A DNA stretch of 64,000 bases, taken from contig JAFMPO010000001.1 in assembly GCA_017654855.1 (NCBI GenBank), positions 62,001 to 126,000 on the forward strand, read 5' to 3'. Within the stretch, counting starts at the first letter, position 1. Every line of letters begins with the position of its first letter. Both the position numbers and the translations under genes were made by a program. Of the stretch, positions 24,524 to 37,877 are shown piece by piece. A model generated the notes under the pieces. It saw nothing but the letters and a program-made list of their open reading frames with translations, did no database searches and was not told the DNA's origin. The DNA comes from Podospora anserina. Lineage: Eukaryota.

Positions 24524-25376
24524 AATGGTAGAGTAGGTAGTGAGTCTAAAGACTGAAAAGGCACTTGAACGATGTGATGTAGATCGTCACCGAAGGATAA
24601 CTAGGTAGTATCTTGAAGGTGTGGTCTTTACAGTTATTCTAGACAGGTTGCTTGCAGAGTAACCGATAATATCAGGCCTCTCCGTCTTCTTTAATAGCAT
24701 GTTAAGACGCTGGTTGGCTTCCAGAGTGTTCGGTGTTCTCTGTCAGTATACACAGTCTCTTTGTTCTTGTTCACCAGGAGTGAAGCCATTGTCATGCCTG
24801 ACAACACAGTGAACAAAGCGATTGTATGGTGTCTGAACGCTCAACCTGAACAAAGCGAAAAAAAAAACGGATCTGCGGCCCGGGCGAGCCAAGAAGTGCA
24901 CCAGAACATCCCGAAAGCTCCAGCCATATCCCAGAGAATCCACCATCATGATTTCCAGTTTGTGAGCTACGGCGTGATTCTTGGATAAGAACGATCGGAT
25001 TTCCGTGTCGGTCCGAGTATTTCCACAGTTCAGCGGTCTACTGGGCTCTATCCCCCGAACCGCCTTTAGCCGTAAATTGAGGTCAGCAACACCCTTCCGT
25101 CATGTTGGTGAGCCAGATTGACGGACTTCCCCAGAAGCTTGCACAAGCGACCTAAAAATGTGCGGTTGGTTATTACAGGAAGTCGCCGATCTGAGATTGC
25201 GTGCCATCGCTCATTTCAGATTTCCCGGATTGCGGGAGCAAATCCTGGTAGAGAGACAATTGAGGACCGGGAACCAGTATGTGTAATGAGTTGGGCCCAG
25301 GGTCAACAAGGTATAAAGACCTCGGCTGAGACAGATGTTATTTGTCATTTGTTCTCTTCTCCAGGATAGTGCCAAA

Positions 25377-26545
25377 ATGGGTCTGAAGCAAACCGCAATC
25401 TTTGCCCTTGGGGTGGCCCAGGCCTGGACTGCATCTGCCACCAACAACAAGAGGCAAGCTACAACCAAGTATTGCCCAGGAAACACGCAAATATGCTTTT
25501 CCGAGTTCAAGGTGCCAACCCACGACGTCATCTACCGGATCGCTATCCCTGACGTTGCCGCCGCGCCGTTCGACGTCTTGTTGCAGATAGTGGCTCCAGT
25601 CTCAAAGGCTGGCTGGGCTGGCATCGCATGGGGCGGGAAAATGGCCACGAATCCCTTGACGGTAGCATGGCCGAATGGCAACACTGCGGTGGTCTCATCT
25701 CGTTGGAGCACGTAAGTGGATTTCGAGATACTAGCCGGCACTCGGGCCTTCAGCTAATACCCATGGCTAGGGGGAGAAACGTACCTGGCGCGTATGCAGG
25801 CGCGACGTACACAGTCCTTCCAACCACCAACACCAACGAAACACACTGGCAGTTGGATGTGCTGTGCCGAGGGTGTAGTGAGTGGGCAGGCGGCTCCTTG
25901 GACCCCAACGGTGTCAACACGCTAGCCTGGGCCAAGAATGCCCGTGTGGTCAATACAGCCACCAGCAACACGAGCTCTTTTGGAATCCACGATGGGCGAG
26001 GCGCCTGGTCTCATGACTTTAGCCAAGCCAGAATTCCAAAGGGTGTCTTTGATGCGGTCGCTTACGACCTGGAGAACCCACCGGTGTCCAGTTCCAGCGC
26101 AGCTTCGAGCGCGAGTTTCAGCACGAGCCTGACTTCGAGCTCAAGCGCTGCGGTCGTGTCAACATCGGTTGTGGTCCTTCCGCGGCCATCAACCACATCC
26201 ACAACGGTCACAGTCGCTCCTAGCACCATTTCCTCATCAACAAGCAAGGCGGCACTGACCTCGAGCTCATCCACCACCCCAGCCGGCCCACAGACAACAT
26301 ATGTTTTCATCACGACTAGAATTTCTCAGCTTCCACCAAGACCAACAACGCCGTCTCCAAGTATCGTGACAGTGACGGTAACTGTCCGGCCGACGCCAAC
26401 CACCACACAGGTCACCCCTCCGTGGGGAGGTGGCGGAGGTGGAGGAGGGCCCCCATGGGGCAAGGGTAAAGGCGGCGGCGGTGGTTGGGGGAAGGGCTGG
26501 GGGCGACGTCGGTTGGCTGCGAGACCGGTGGAAGAGGAGGAGTAA
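25377..26545 (+). CDS. Secreted CDH-cytochrome domain protein (AA8) with S/T-rich linker and Gly/Trp/Lys tail; 1 intron
   Basis: Signal peptide and KR site, GWAGIAWGGKMATNPLTVAW (Met ligand), LCRGCSEW, FGIHD (His ligand); GTAAGT..TAG intron at about 25712-25770. Confidence 0.9.
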
Positions 26546-26656
26546 ATTTTGTCGCGGAAAGGGAGTAGGAAGGAGGCATCGAGAGAAATATATACTAGCG
26601 GCGTATAAATGGCCATCATCTCGAGGTTATGCTCCAATCCCACACAGCTATCACCC

Positions 26657-27655
26657 AAAGTTTACAGTTCGGACTCGAAACCGAACTCGTCGTTATCGTA
26701 TTCATCGTCGTAATCGCTATACCCCTCAAAGTCAGACTGCATTTCAGCGATATTTGTATCAACCTGTTCCCGCCGTAAAAGAGACAGTGGTCTCCCCCAT
26801 ATCCATGCACAACATACAAACGGCGGCGTGCCGCAGTGATAGAATCCCCAGATGACGCATGCCTTTCGTCAATGTCGAACGGTTGGTTGCGCAGATCAAG
26901 GAGCCCCAGATTCACCGCCAAGCTCTTGTCCTGCTGCAGCTCATCTAGCGAAGCACCTGAGATGGCGCCTTGAAACATCCATCGAGTATCATTCTTCACA
27001 TTAATTTGAACATTCTCGGGAGTGGCATCGGGGCCACCGATGACGACGGAGCGAATAAACAGGCAGCCGCGAAATATGGCGGAGAGTGCTTTATCTGAGA
27101 GCATCGGTGCGTTTTCAAAATGTATGTGCTCGAGTTTGGGGCACAGGGTGACGAGTTGTTCCACGCCAGCATTGGTGATTTTGATGAGGTTGTTGTTTTT
27201 GTACCTGACGAATCGAAGTCTTCTGCAGATTTTGGAGGAGACGTTCATGATAGCGTTGAGGTGCTCACTATGTAGAGGTACGACATTAGGCTCTGTGGAT
27301 GCATGCTGCCAGTTTGGGGGCCAGTGGGCTACCTACTCCTTCAAGTCAAAAGTCGGACGTATCATCAAACTCGATGCTCCGAATAGCGCGGGTAAACTTC
27401 CCAGGCTCCCAATCCTCCTCAGCTTTCACTAGCAGTACCTCTTTCGCCGGGAACAGCAGAGGTTTGTAGATTTCGTGTTTGAAGAACCCTCGACGGAAGT
27501 CGACCGTACCCGGCGGTCTGCGGGTCAGCTTCTCGTTCTTGCTGACATTGTCGACTTTGTCGAATTTGAACCTGTCTCTTGCTTCGACGCGTGGTCTCTT
27601 TCGGCTTCTTTGGGAGAAGTGGTCTGTGCAGCAGCAAAGTTGCACGCGTGGCCAC
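26657..27655 (-). pseudogene. RNI-like leucine-rich-repeat protein, apparently frameshifted; 5' end uncertain
   Basis: ITNAGVEQLVTLCPKLEHIHF and LSDKALSAIFRGC are AMN1/FBXL-type LRRs. A TGA arises from an apparent extra T at about 27349, and the acidic tail DFEGYSDYDDEYDNDEF lies in a different frame from the LRR ORF. Confidence 0.5.
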
Positions 27656-28198
27656 GTGATCCTTCTTGGTGGTGAAATGCTCACTCTTGTGTCAACCTCA
27701 CTCCCCACCTGCACAGCAAACTCGTGTGTTGTTGAGGAATACGAGATGTTTTTTTCTTTCCAAATGGAAATTTGGAAGCCATGAATACAGTGCAGTATGT
27801 TTCTCAAGTCACACCGCAACCCCAGGGGCCAGCAGGTCAACTCACCGATGCTGGTTCTGTGGCGCCTGTCCCCACCTATCAACATCCATGACACAGAGCA
27901 GGCCAGCCCTGAAGCGGCACAACAAGACCGCGTGAAGGTCCCTTAAGCCACGCCGTCGAAGGATTCTCTAATCCTACATCGCATGGGCATGGACCTTCAA
28001 ATCCCAGCAGCATACAGTGCTTGAAACGTTGGGGGAAGCCACCGAGCTTGGGAACACACCCCGTTTGATGATTGGATATCCTCCTGCACGCCCGCCTCTT
28101 CCAATGCCTGGATCTATCTCTTGGAAAGGCTGGTTTTAAAGCATGGTGGTCTCCCTCACCGCACTTTCCCCCACGCGTCGCTTTTCCCACCGTTGTCG

Positions 28199-29585
28199 AT
28201 GGAGTCCACAACAACACCAGCTCCACCAGGGCCTGATGTGTCCAAGGCTTCGTTAGTGGTAGGCACGATATCATTCCTGCACCTCATATCATGGACGTTG
28301 TATGCCGCTCGCGTCTGGACTCGTATGCGACCGATATCACGCCTATTCGTCGATGATTATCTGATCACTCTTGCTGTGGTATGAGAATCCGCATCATTTG
28401 ACCACCTAACTCCAAGTACTAATCATCTACTTAGCTCTTTGACCTGGCGTCGTATATTTTCTTGATGATAGCGGTTCATTACGGCATTGGTCGACATAAT
28501 TACTACGTCCCGACAGATCAGGAAGTCCTTGCGGAAAAATGGCTGTTCCTCAGCCAGCCAGTCTTCCCCTGGAGTCTCGCCTTCTCCAAGATGAGCATTG
28601 CGTGTATGCTTATTCGGATTCGTCGGGATCAGCGCGTTTGGGCTTGGGGAATGTACTTCATCATGGCGTTTGTGGTGCTCATCGCCATCAACACAAACGT
28701 CTTCCAACTCTCACTGTGCCGACCGCTCTGGGCTGTGTGGGACCACAGTAATTCTGAGGCCCAATGCATGGATATGACTGTGGCGCAAACATCAATCTAT
28801 GTCAACTCTGCACTCAACGTTGTGACAGATTTTGCTTTAAGTTTGGCCGTATGGAGTTTCTGTCATAAAAACGCGGAATCATTGCCAATACTGACGATTG
28901 CTAGCCCATCACGTTTATTGTTCACTTACAGCGACCACTCAGGGAGAAGATTGCGGTCGCCTTCATGATGGGTTTGGGCATATTTGCGAGTAGTGCCTGC
29001 ATTGCGAAAACCTTCCATGTCAAAGACTACGGAAAAACAGGTGACAGTCTCATGGATTGTGTACCTATAACGATTTGGAGCATGGTAGAAATGCAGCTTG
29101 CGTGAGTTTCCGTATCGCTGAGCCGCGTCATTATGCCCGACTAATCTTTCGTTGTCAGGATAATTGCAAGCTGCATTCCCTGTCTCAAACAACTCTTCGA
29201 ACGAGGCTTACGACGATTCGGTCTCTTGAGCACCCAGCACGCTGGCGACTCCTTCACTGGCAGCCGGAACTACCAGACCTATCCTGGGCCGAACTTCAGG
29301 ACTCGCCAAGAGACAAGCGATGATTACGGCCACCACCTTACTTCGATACAACAGTCCCCACGCAGTCCTCGGTGCAACAAAGCAGCGAGGAACTCCGGGG
29401 TGGAGACAGAAAGCATAGAGAGCAGCGAGATACCCATCATGAGACCAGACTCCACAGGCACTGATTACATACAGACGCTGTCAGCACCACCCGGACGAGG
29501 ATCATTTTACTTCAACTTTGCGGTGAATCCCGGTCTTAACCCAAACCGAAGGGATGATAGAGGACCAAGGCCGGAAAGGTGGTGA
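28199..29585 (+). CDS. PTH11-like (fungal rhodopsin-domain) integral membrane protein without CFEM; 3 introns
   Basis: R.WTR..DDYLI, YGIGRH, KMSIA..L.RI, CRPL.A.WD, NVVTDF.L...P, EKI..MGLG.FA, WS.VE...IIASCIP.LK, reconstructed across GT..AG introns. Confidence 0.9.
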
Positions 29586-30568
29586 GAGGAGGTGGCGTCA
29601 GCACATCTCTGTCAAATACCAAAGCCATCGTGAACAGAGCAAATATCATGAAATGTGCATCTCATTGGATCCATAGGCTGATCTGACTACACCCATCATG
29701 ACAGTCTATCCCGGTATTCAACCTTGCAGCGAGCTAATTCTTTCCCGTCGGGGAAAATCACAAAGAAGAAGAGATTGGCACTGCCCTTCTCAACCGCCAA
29801 GGTGAACTTGACATCTGTCGAATGTTCCTTGTTACCCCATTGATAGAGAGGCCCTTTCTTGATCTCATGCGACAACTCACCATACCACCTACAGGCTAGT
29901 TCGCTATTAGCCATAGAATGCCACATAAATATGCACCGGACAGGAAATTTACTTCGCCTGTTGAAATAATAGGGCGGGATCTCCTCTGTGCAGAGCCAAA
30001 GCTTGTGCGTAAGCCTGAGAGACGTAAGATGTGTCATCAACGTATGTCTGGAATCAATAGTTCTCGTAGGGGTAGCGTCCGTGTGTCGACCGAAGGTCCA
30101 ACATCCACCTCGCTATCGCCATCTTCCCCGGTCGACCGGGCCCAAAATGTTTCGTGGGAAGTATCTAAGCGTCCCATGACTACAAAGAATCTTGAAAATG
30201 CGATCTGCTCGAGGATCGGTAGTGCGAGGTACAGGGGTGTACCTATGGAAGCCGAATTCGAGGGATGCAACGCACGTGGCTACGGACCGGCCCAGATGCG
30301 CACGTCTGGACGTCTCAACTCGTGCATTGGGGTCCTACTATCTGTTGGGATAGCCAATGATTGACTGCTACGGAAATGTTTCATTTCAGATCTCTGAATT
30401 AGTGTTTTCTACCCTGAGGGTGGGTTGGGATGCATATTCCCATGTCACCTTGGCGTCCTTGGGGTCGCCTCACCCGAGTCTACCTGGGGAACAGCGGCTC
30501 CAAAACCACACGGGCGACCTTCCTTGTACCACCAAGATCACATTCATAGCATTCAAACAGTTTGAGAT

Positions 30569-30974
30569 ATGGAGAAACAACTCGCGCCAGCCGGCTTGAA
30601 TCTGGACAGCAATACTTCAGTCCGCATGATTATCGTGATGGGTGTTACTGGGGCTGGGAAAAGCCACTTCATCAACAAACTCGCCGGCAAAAAAAGTCAC
30701 AGATGAAGGAAACTCATTTCGTTCCTGTACGTACAACTTTGCACACCCACTTGTCTTCACCATTACTTATTCCTTGCAATAACAGGTACGTATTGCTGTC
30801 GGCCGTTGTTGATCGAGATTGGCTCGTAGCCAGTTGTGGTGCTTGACACGCCTGGCTTTGATGACTCTGGCAGGACAGACAGACAGATTTTGACCGAGAT
30901 TGCCCGTGCACTTACCGCGCAATACAAGCTCAACCCCCAAGCTCAAGGCCACACACAGCACTAGCTTGGGTCTC
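30569..30974 (+). pseudogene. Truncated fungal G-domain (P-loop GTPase-like) gene fragment
   Basis: IIVMGVTGAGKSHFIN (Walker A) and VVLDTPGFDDS motifs; frame broken in an A-run at about 30690 and sequence ends at an LTR. Confidence 0.7.
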
Positions 30975-31340
30975 TGTGACGATCCCCTGTCCAGAACCTC
31001 TGAAAGGGATACCGGTTGAAGGCGAACTTCTAGATAATGGATCGGTGCAGTTAACAGTGCACAAAAAGATGTCTCAATGTAAACATTTAGGATACCGTGA
31101 ATACAAGCTGAGATTGCATACTGCGGAACTATGTACAAGCTATCTAGTTCCTCCGTATACATAGACCGTGCCAAGTCCCTGATCATTATGATCGTTGTGA
31201 TTATAGCCTTTGATTATAATGCTCGCCATACTCCTAATGATCTTCTCTTGATGGGTCTGTTTCCTTGCTCTTCTGATTGGTTGTTTCCTTCTCTTATCAT
31301 ATTGGTTAGCACTGTCGGGAGTCCGTAGTCAAAAAGGTGA
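30975..31340 (-). mobile_element. Solo LTR, crapaud-like, with 5-bp TSD GTCTC
   Basis: Begins TGTGAC and matches the inverted 3' half of the 6872 LTR. GTCTC is present at 30970-30974 and 31341-31345; the far terminus lacks the final CA. Confidence 0.85.
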
Positions 31341-31866
31341 GTCTCCCAAACACCACACAACCCTCGAGAAGCAAGCTCCCAGTCAGAGCTTATCAAAACT
31401 CAAATCTCTAACCACCAAGGTAGCTCTCCAACCTATCTGTTAACTGCTGTGGACCGGTTAGCTAACGATACAATGGCTGTGATGCACGAGGTGGCTCTTC
31501 TCCGTGCAGCGTGATCCCTTCGCTTCAGAGATATCTTCAAGATTATTCCAATTTATCAAATGGACGGGGCCGATTATGGTGGTGACTCTCGATTGATCGG
31601 CGGGCTTATCGCTGTGGGCGACCTCTCTTCCGAGCCAGTCAAGCCGGCAGGCAAGTGAGTAAATCCAAGAAGTGATACGGACATGGCTTGCAATGCCGGG
31701 CACAGGATCAAAAGTATTGAAAATAGAGTGTATAATCAGACTACACAGGTTCATTACACATTTTACTTCTTGAAATACCATCCACACCCCTCCCAGCTTT
31801 CCCTCTTTTGCCCTAGAACTCCCCGATCACCCCCTTCGCCAAATATCCGCATCAAGTCCCACGCCG

Positions 31867-32829
31867 TCACTCACCACACGGATCTCTCCCATACCGCGCG
31901 CCTATCCCAAAAGCCCTCAACTTCCTTTTCACCAACATCATAACTTGAGCTGCCTGTCCACGGTAAGAACCAAAGCGAAGCTCTACAGTGGCCCATCCCT
32001 CAACTTTATGGCGGTGGGCAACCACCTCTTCCATCTGAAACTCAATCCCGTGAGACACCAAAACTCTCTCCAGGTTTCCATACTCCAAAAAGTGCGCCGG
32101 CCCACTGATAACAATAACCCTTGTATTCTCTCTCGGTGTCTCTTTCTGTGCCACTCTGATCCGGTTAGGCCTCACGCGCGCCATTCTCCCCTTGACCAGC
32201 CAGCCCCCAGCTTGACTCTCATCGCCATATGAGGCCAAAAATCGCTGGGCTGATTGAACATCGAAGAAAGTAATTTTCGCTGCGGCAGAAGTGTGACATC
32301 GAGTAGAGTCTGGGTAGTTAATGACCGTGGCCCAGATACGACCCATTCTGCGGATGCATCCTAGGAGACCCTTGGTATCGATGTCGGATGGCAGCCCGGT
32401 CACCTAGACCGAGGTGTTCAGGTATTCATCTATATCTGCTGACCAGTTCGCCTCGCAAGCGGGATTTCCTTCGTAATTCACCGACATTCCTGGCGGGCGA
32501 GGTACAGGAGACAGGGCGGGTTGAATGCCCATCGAGAGGTGGGGATGACTGGCAGGTGGCATGAGATGTTGATGATGGAGGGTCGGTTCTTGGTGGTACT
32601 GTCTCACGAGGGATTCGTTATCATGACCATGAACAATGATGGGTTGGAAAGTGGCTGCACTGCTTGGTTCTCCGTGTGTACCTGTAGAGTAGGTGTTGTT
32701 GCGCTCATAATACTGACTCGGAAGGCAAATGGGGTTGGTGCTATCGCAGCTAGGATCGGTTGAGTACTGCGTAGAAAACAAAAGGTCAGCCAAGTGATCC
32801 CCGAGATTAGTAGGGAAGATGGTTGCCAT
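31867..32829 (-). CDS. RRM-like RNA-binding protein with one in-frame TAG (32404-32406); possible extra 5' exon(s) up to ~32980
   Basis: Two ORFs abut in the same frame: NYEGNP..NWSADI..NTSV*VTGLP..LLGCIR..GRIWATVIN..AAAKITFF..RVIVISGP..FGSYRGQA..YGRDPC. Paralog at 33834. Confidence 0.7.
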
Positions 32830-33833
32830 AAGCTCACATGAAGCGCATAGAATGATGACAAGTCTGTCGAGGGAGTCCTCAAGGCCCAGTTATCAGCCTC
32901 GTATCTCCAGACCGCTACCCACGGACTGGAGACCATGCTGTGGCTTACTTCAGAGAGGTGATAAAGATGGGGGTTCATCTTGGTCGTGTCGGTCGATAGC
33001 GGGAGTGGAAATTGGGAGATCTGGCAACCAACGGTCAAAGGCACACGGTAGCTGTTTGGATCGTAGAAATCAGAGACCCTCATCTGATGGATATGCGATT
33101 GATGACGCTGGTTGAGCCCTTTGGTTTGATCGATATTTGAAGGAAGATAGTGGGTCGGTCAGATTGAAGGGTTTCAAGTAGGTATTCTGGCTTGTGGACG
33201 ATTGGGACCCGTATTGAGACTTGTAGTTGAAAGTAGTGAATGCCTTGGGCCGATTGTGAACGAGAAAATGGTGAAGGAAAGGTCTGGGCTGCGAAGAAAA
33301 GCGCAGAGATTGCGGAACAGTCGCTTGGTAATAAAAGCAGTGACGACGGACAGATCCAAACAATAGTTTCAAGACAAGTGAATAAGAGCTTGGGCCCAAA
33401 ACGCCGAGAACCCCACCCAAGCTCCCGCTGTCGAGGTGGGGAGTAGATGAATTATGATGACGTTGAATCCATGGCTCATCCTTTTATCGATAAGGGTGCA
33501 GAAAGAGTGTCTTAGCACGGTGTTCACAAAGCTTGAGAATGGTCAAGGCACACATGGTGCACAAAGCAAAGAAAGAGTCACTATAATAAAGCAGAAATTC
33601 AGGGTATCCACGCTAGTACAGAAAAGAAGCTGGAAAAGCAACGCCAACCCGGAGCAAATCCAGCGCTCATATCCAGACCATAGGGTTACCCTTTCCCCCA
33701 AACCTCTAAACTCCTGAAGCCCAGAGACAAATGATCCCGACCCAGCTAATCCCTTCCCGGGCTCCAACACATGCGTTAACCCCACCTAAAACCTAATGCT
33801 TGTCGTAGGGCCAAAGACATCCCGGGACTCCTG

Positions 33834-35667
33834 CTACTCTTCCTGGGAGCCAACCACGGATGGCTCGGCGCATGGGTCAATCCCATAAGTCGCATTTGTC
33901 CCCTTCTTGCGAAAGTATGGGTCGGTCGCGATCATTTCCTTCACCTTCGCAGCCTGCGAGTGAGAGGCGAAATGAAACTCAAGGGTAGACATATCGCCTG
34001 ACGACACCCTCGCTATCTTGTCGAGTTCATACCGGATGTTCTTCATCTCGAAGCACTCCTTCAAGAACGCAACACTCAAACCACCCGTGAGGCCTGTGAT
34101 AACGAGAACCCTTGAAAACTCGCTCGGTAATGTGCTCTGTGCAATTCGACATTTCGCTAATCGAATGTTGCCCTGCACCCCGCCAACCATGAGGTGGCCC
34201 TCTTGGGCAAGCCTCTGCGCAGCTTCCCGCTCAAAAAAGACAACCAGAGCCCCAGAACTGCAGTTCTTTGAGTAGCGAACACGACCATAGCCTCTAATGC
34301 TTCCAAGTAATTTGGAGAGGGTGACATCCTTCGGAAGGTCGAAAATGAAGACAGAGCAGCTGTCATCGGGTGGAACATCCTCAGCCATATCTTCGACAGA
34401 CCAAGCGCTTTGCTGACTGTTATTCGTTGAACTGCAGGGACTGTCTGTTGGTTCCACTGTTCTTTTTGCGTCTTGGGCACGCTTGAATGCGTCGCGAACT
34501 TGTTCAGATGAATTACCATCGAGAGGTTGGACCAATCGGTTGAAAGGACGAGGAGACTCTGTGATCTGGTTCTGACGGCAAGTATTAGATTGGGCGCCGG
34601 AAGGGATGGCATGATGTTGGGAGGATGACAGATGCTGGCGACGAATACTCGGTGTCGAAGACCGGGAAATTGAGCCACTATCGTTGGAAATACCGCGGGG
34701 GGAAAACCGTGATGCTGAGGACTGCTGGTCTGAGGGAGCGAGGGTCGTAGACCTCGAGAGTGCGCCACTCGGACTCTCCACATAATCACTCAGGTCCCCA
34801 AAACCTGACAGCTCCCCACCCCTCAGGCCCACGAGACGAAGGTCTTCCCAGAGCGTATGACCACTTCCCATGGAAGAAGTGGTGTCCGTCCAATTGATGC
34901 TTGCTGCTGCTTGGCATGCATCTCTCTTCCTGGCCATTCTCTCCAACCATCCCGTCTGCATGATTGAGGCACCTTCTCCACCTTCGCGCAAAAACTCGAG
35001 AGAGGAGTCTTTCTCATTGCCCTTACGCTCTAGCCATCCGGGAAGATAAGGGTCGGCAAACGGGCAATCGTCGTCACAATCCTCTAGGCACAAGGCTCCG
35101 CCAGTGAATGTCTAAAGAGTGGCAAGGTGGTTAGTTCTGACTCTTGTGAAGGTTTTTGCACACATTGAAGGGGCTTACCGAAAAGGCTGAATTGGAAGGC
35201 GATGGCGCCGATGACAGATCCACAAATGGCGACGACGGGTCAAAAGGAATCGCGTTAGGGCGTAGCCCGTATTGTCCAGAAAGCCCCAGCGGAGATGGCG
35301 CGTGAGGTGTAGCAGACCGACTTTGGAGATTGAACTGGGGGTAGTAACCTCCATGGGCATGAGGATGTCCAACAATACCGGCATCGGAATGTCCAACGAG
35401 ACCATCGTCGGAATGACCAACGAAACCAGCGTGGGGATGTCCAATGAGACTGTTGTGATCCGGGGCCGAGTAGCTGCGGTGGAAAGCCTGGGACTCGATC
35501 GGGTGAGGAGGGTAGAAGCCGCTGAGGTCATTTGCGACATAGAGACCCACGTTCGTACTGAATTGTACTGGCAGTCCAGGGTGGCCATATCCGGCGCCAG
35601 AGTTGCCCTCGCGAATCTCGTGATACCTTCTGACGCGAGTATTGTTGATCCTGATTGTCGGTCGCAT
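33834..35667 (-). CDS. RRM-like protein paralog with long disordered N-terminus; 1 intron (35112-35178)
   Basis: SVFIFDLP..LLGSIRGYGRV..VVFF..SRVLVITG..FHFAS..YGIDPC aligns by eye with the neighbouring gene; phase-0 GTAAGC..ctaac..TAG intron. Confidence 0.75.
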
Positions 35668-36370
35668 CGTGAGTCTCCTAACCAGGTCGAAGCAGAGCGA
35701 TGATAGTGAAAGGTGGGTGGGTGGATAGATGGGAGAAGGCAAAATAAAATATGCCTGGGTGTAGATGTGGTGGAAGAAACCAAAAAAAAAACAAAATGGT
35801 CGCCGGGAGGTCGAAGGAGAAATAGTCGAGCCAGGCCAGGCCAGGCGGGGCGGTTGCGCGAACTGCCTATTCACGGCGGAATATGAGTGAGGAAGAATGG
35901 GAGTTGCTCCCAGCGTACCTGCCCGCCCACCTTTTCAACACCACGTTCGGCCTTCGAGCACTGCGCTGAACGGAACGCACAGTTAGCGTGCCTGCTTCCA
36001 TTGTCCCAGGCTGTTGTCTTGCTTGAATAACCCATTGGCACGAGCATTGACCCATTCAGCAGTTTTTGTATTCATCATGCCGACTGGTCATTCACCAAGG
36101 TCTCCAATCGGCTGAAGATAACTTCTGCTATTGAACCGCACCTTTTGGGTTGTTGACACTGGTTCTCCCTCCCTGTACACGGCATCATGAGGAGTTGAAG
36201 GCGCCACCATGTCAGCTTGTGCGCAACTGCTGTTGTCTTTTGACTTCATGTGCCTTTAAGTGGAGAGCTTCAGGGCCTACGCTCATCTAGTCTCATCCAA
36301 TCCATTTAAACATACAAAAAACACCATCTACTATCACCGATTTGTGACTTGAGTCCCTTGGTGACACCTC

Positions 36371-36626
36371 CATGACCCAGGCACCCTGACCACAGGTTAA
36401 TGGTCCAACACAAGTAAGTTAACCCATATAACATTGTAAACCATACCTCGAAAGTGAATCAATAGGCCTTTTAAATATCAGTAAAGGCCTTTTAATCATC
36501 TTGAAAGGCTTATCAACTATCTTTGGAAGCTTGGTGATCATCCTTCAAGGTACAGTTCGCAATATAATATGGGTTGACCTATTTGCGTGTGTCAATCATT
36601 TTTGTGGGCAAGGTGCCAGGGTCACG
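36371..36626. mobile_element. MITE-like element, CCACA-type, ~80-bp imperfect TIRs, 21-bp array in reverse orientation
   Basis: tgacccaggcaccctgaccaca..gttaacccatata is the inverted match of atatgggttgacc..tgtgggcaaggtgccagggtca; internal aggcct/aactatctt units. Confidence 0.8.
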
Positions 36627-36924
36627 ATCCAAGAAAAATTAGCAAGAAGAGAAGGCGCAATGTAGACCAGTCAAAGATCTGATGACTTGTTAAATATTGT
36701 GTAGACGCAGTCATATCTTTCGGGGCCAATATGGGCCATTGCAGAGATAGCGTCATTCATGCAATCATTTGGAAAGCTCAGGTCGTTTGCATTCCCGCAA
36801 GCTAAACCCAGAGGTGGCTATGTACAAGTGAAGGTGATGTCCAAGCATAGATTTGACCGCCTTTATAACAAACAGTATGACCAAGCACGATTCGGAGGGC
36901 TGTGAGATGCTTTCTACGGCAGAC

Positions 36925-37877
36925 TCATAGAAGCTCGGTCCAAATCATCAAGGTGCCCGCCATCGACAGTATCATTATCCAAGAGGGGTTGAACGATCCA
37001 GCGCCGGAGCCTGGGGTACTGGTTGTTGTCGTGTCTGTAGTTGTCTCAGTTGTCGTCCCATCAGTTGTCTCGGTTCCCGACTGAGTTGGTGTGGTGGTAG
37101 GAGGAGCAGTAGTTGTAGGGACGTCAACGACGGTGTCAGAGCTGTTGAACCTCTCTGCAATGAACTCGGCTGCATCGAGGGTGTAATTGGCAAAGTATGA
37201 TCCATGCACCGACCGGTCTGATCCCAGGTCGCAATAAATATCACCTTCATCACACCAGCTGCGCATTCTAGCTGCGTATGGCTCACAAGCGGTGATGTTT
37301 TTACGAGCGAACAAGCCCGCACCGGTGCTTGTGCCAGCGCTCCAGGGGTGAGTTTTATTGAAGTCAGGGGAGCCGAATGCAACGATTGCAATAACTTGGA
37401 ATATAGATTAGCCATCCCATGCTTGTGGATACGATAATGCCAGAGGTTCTGCCTACCTTGCGAGCCAAGTGCCTTCTGGAATTCGGGGGACACAAAGAAC
37501 CCATCATCACTGTTTCCGCAGACAGCGTCCATCATGGCGTGAGCTCCCTGCGAATAGCCCAGCAGAGCGACCTTGCTATCAGGACAGGCGTCCACATATT
37601 GAAGAACAAGCTTCTCAAACTCGGAGGCTCCCGTTGCATAGGAGGTAAAGTAATTTTCGAATGTTGCTGGATAGACGATGGTGGCAATTGAAGAGTTGGG
37701 TATCAGCAAGGAAGCATTCTGGGCCACAACTCCAATCCGGCCATACCCGTCAGGTTCAGTAGATCCACGGGCAACGATCATGTGTATGCCCGTTGAGCAT
37801 GTGCCATCCCAGACAAGAGCCTGTCGCTGGAAGAGCGCAGTTGCCAGCGTCAGGGCGCGTGATAAAAGGCCCTTCAT
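36925..37877 (-). CDS. CE5 acetylxylan esterase/cutinase-like protein, probably GPI-anchored; 1 intron
   Basis: Signal peptide, IVARGSTE, CPDSKVALLGYSQGA, WCDEGDIYC..H, T-rich linker and hydrophobic C-terminus. Confidence 0.9.
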
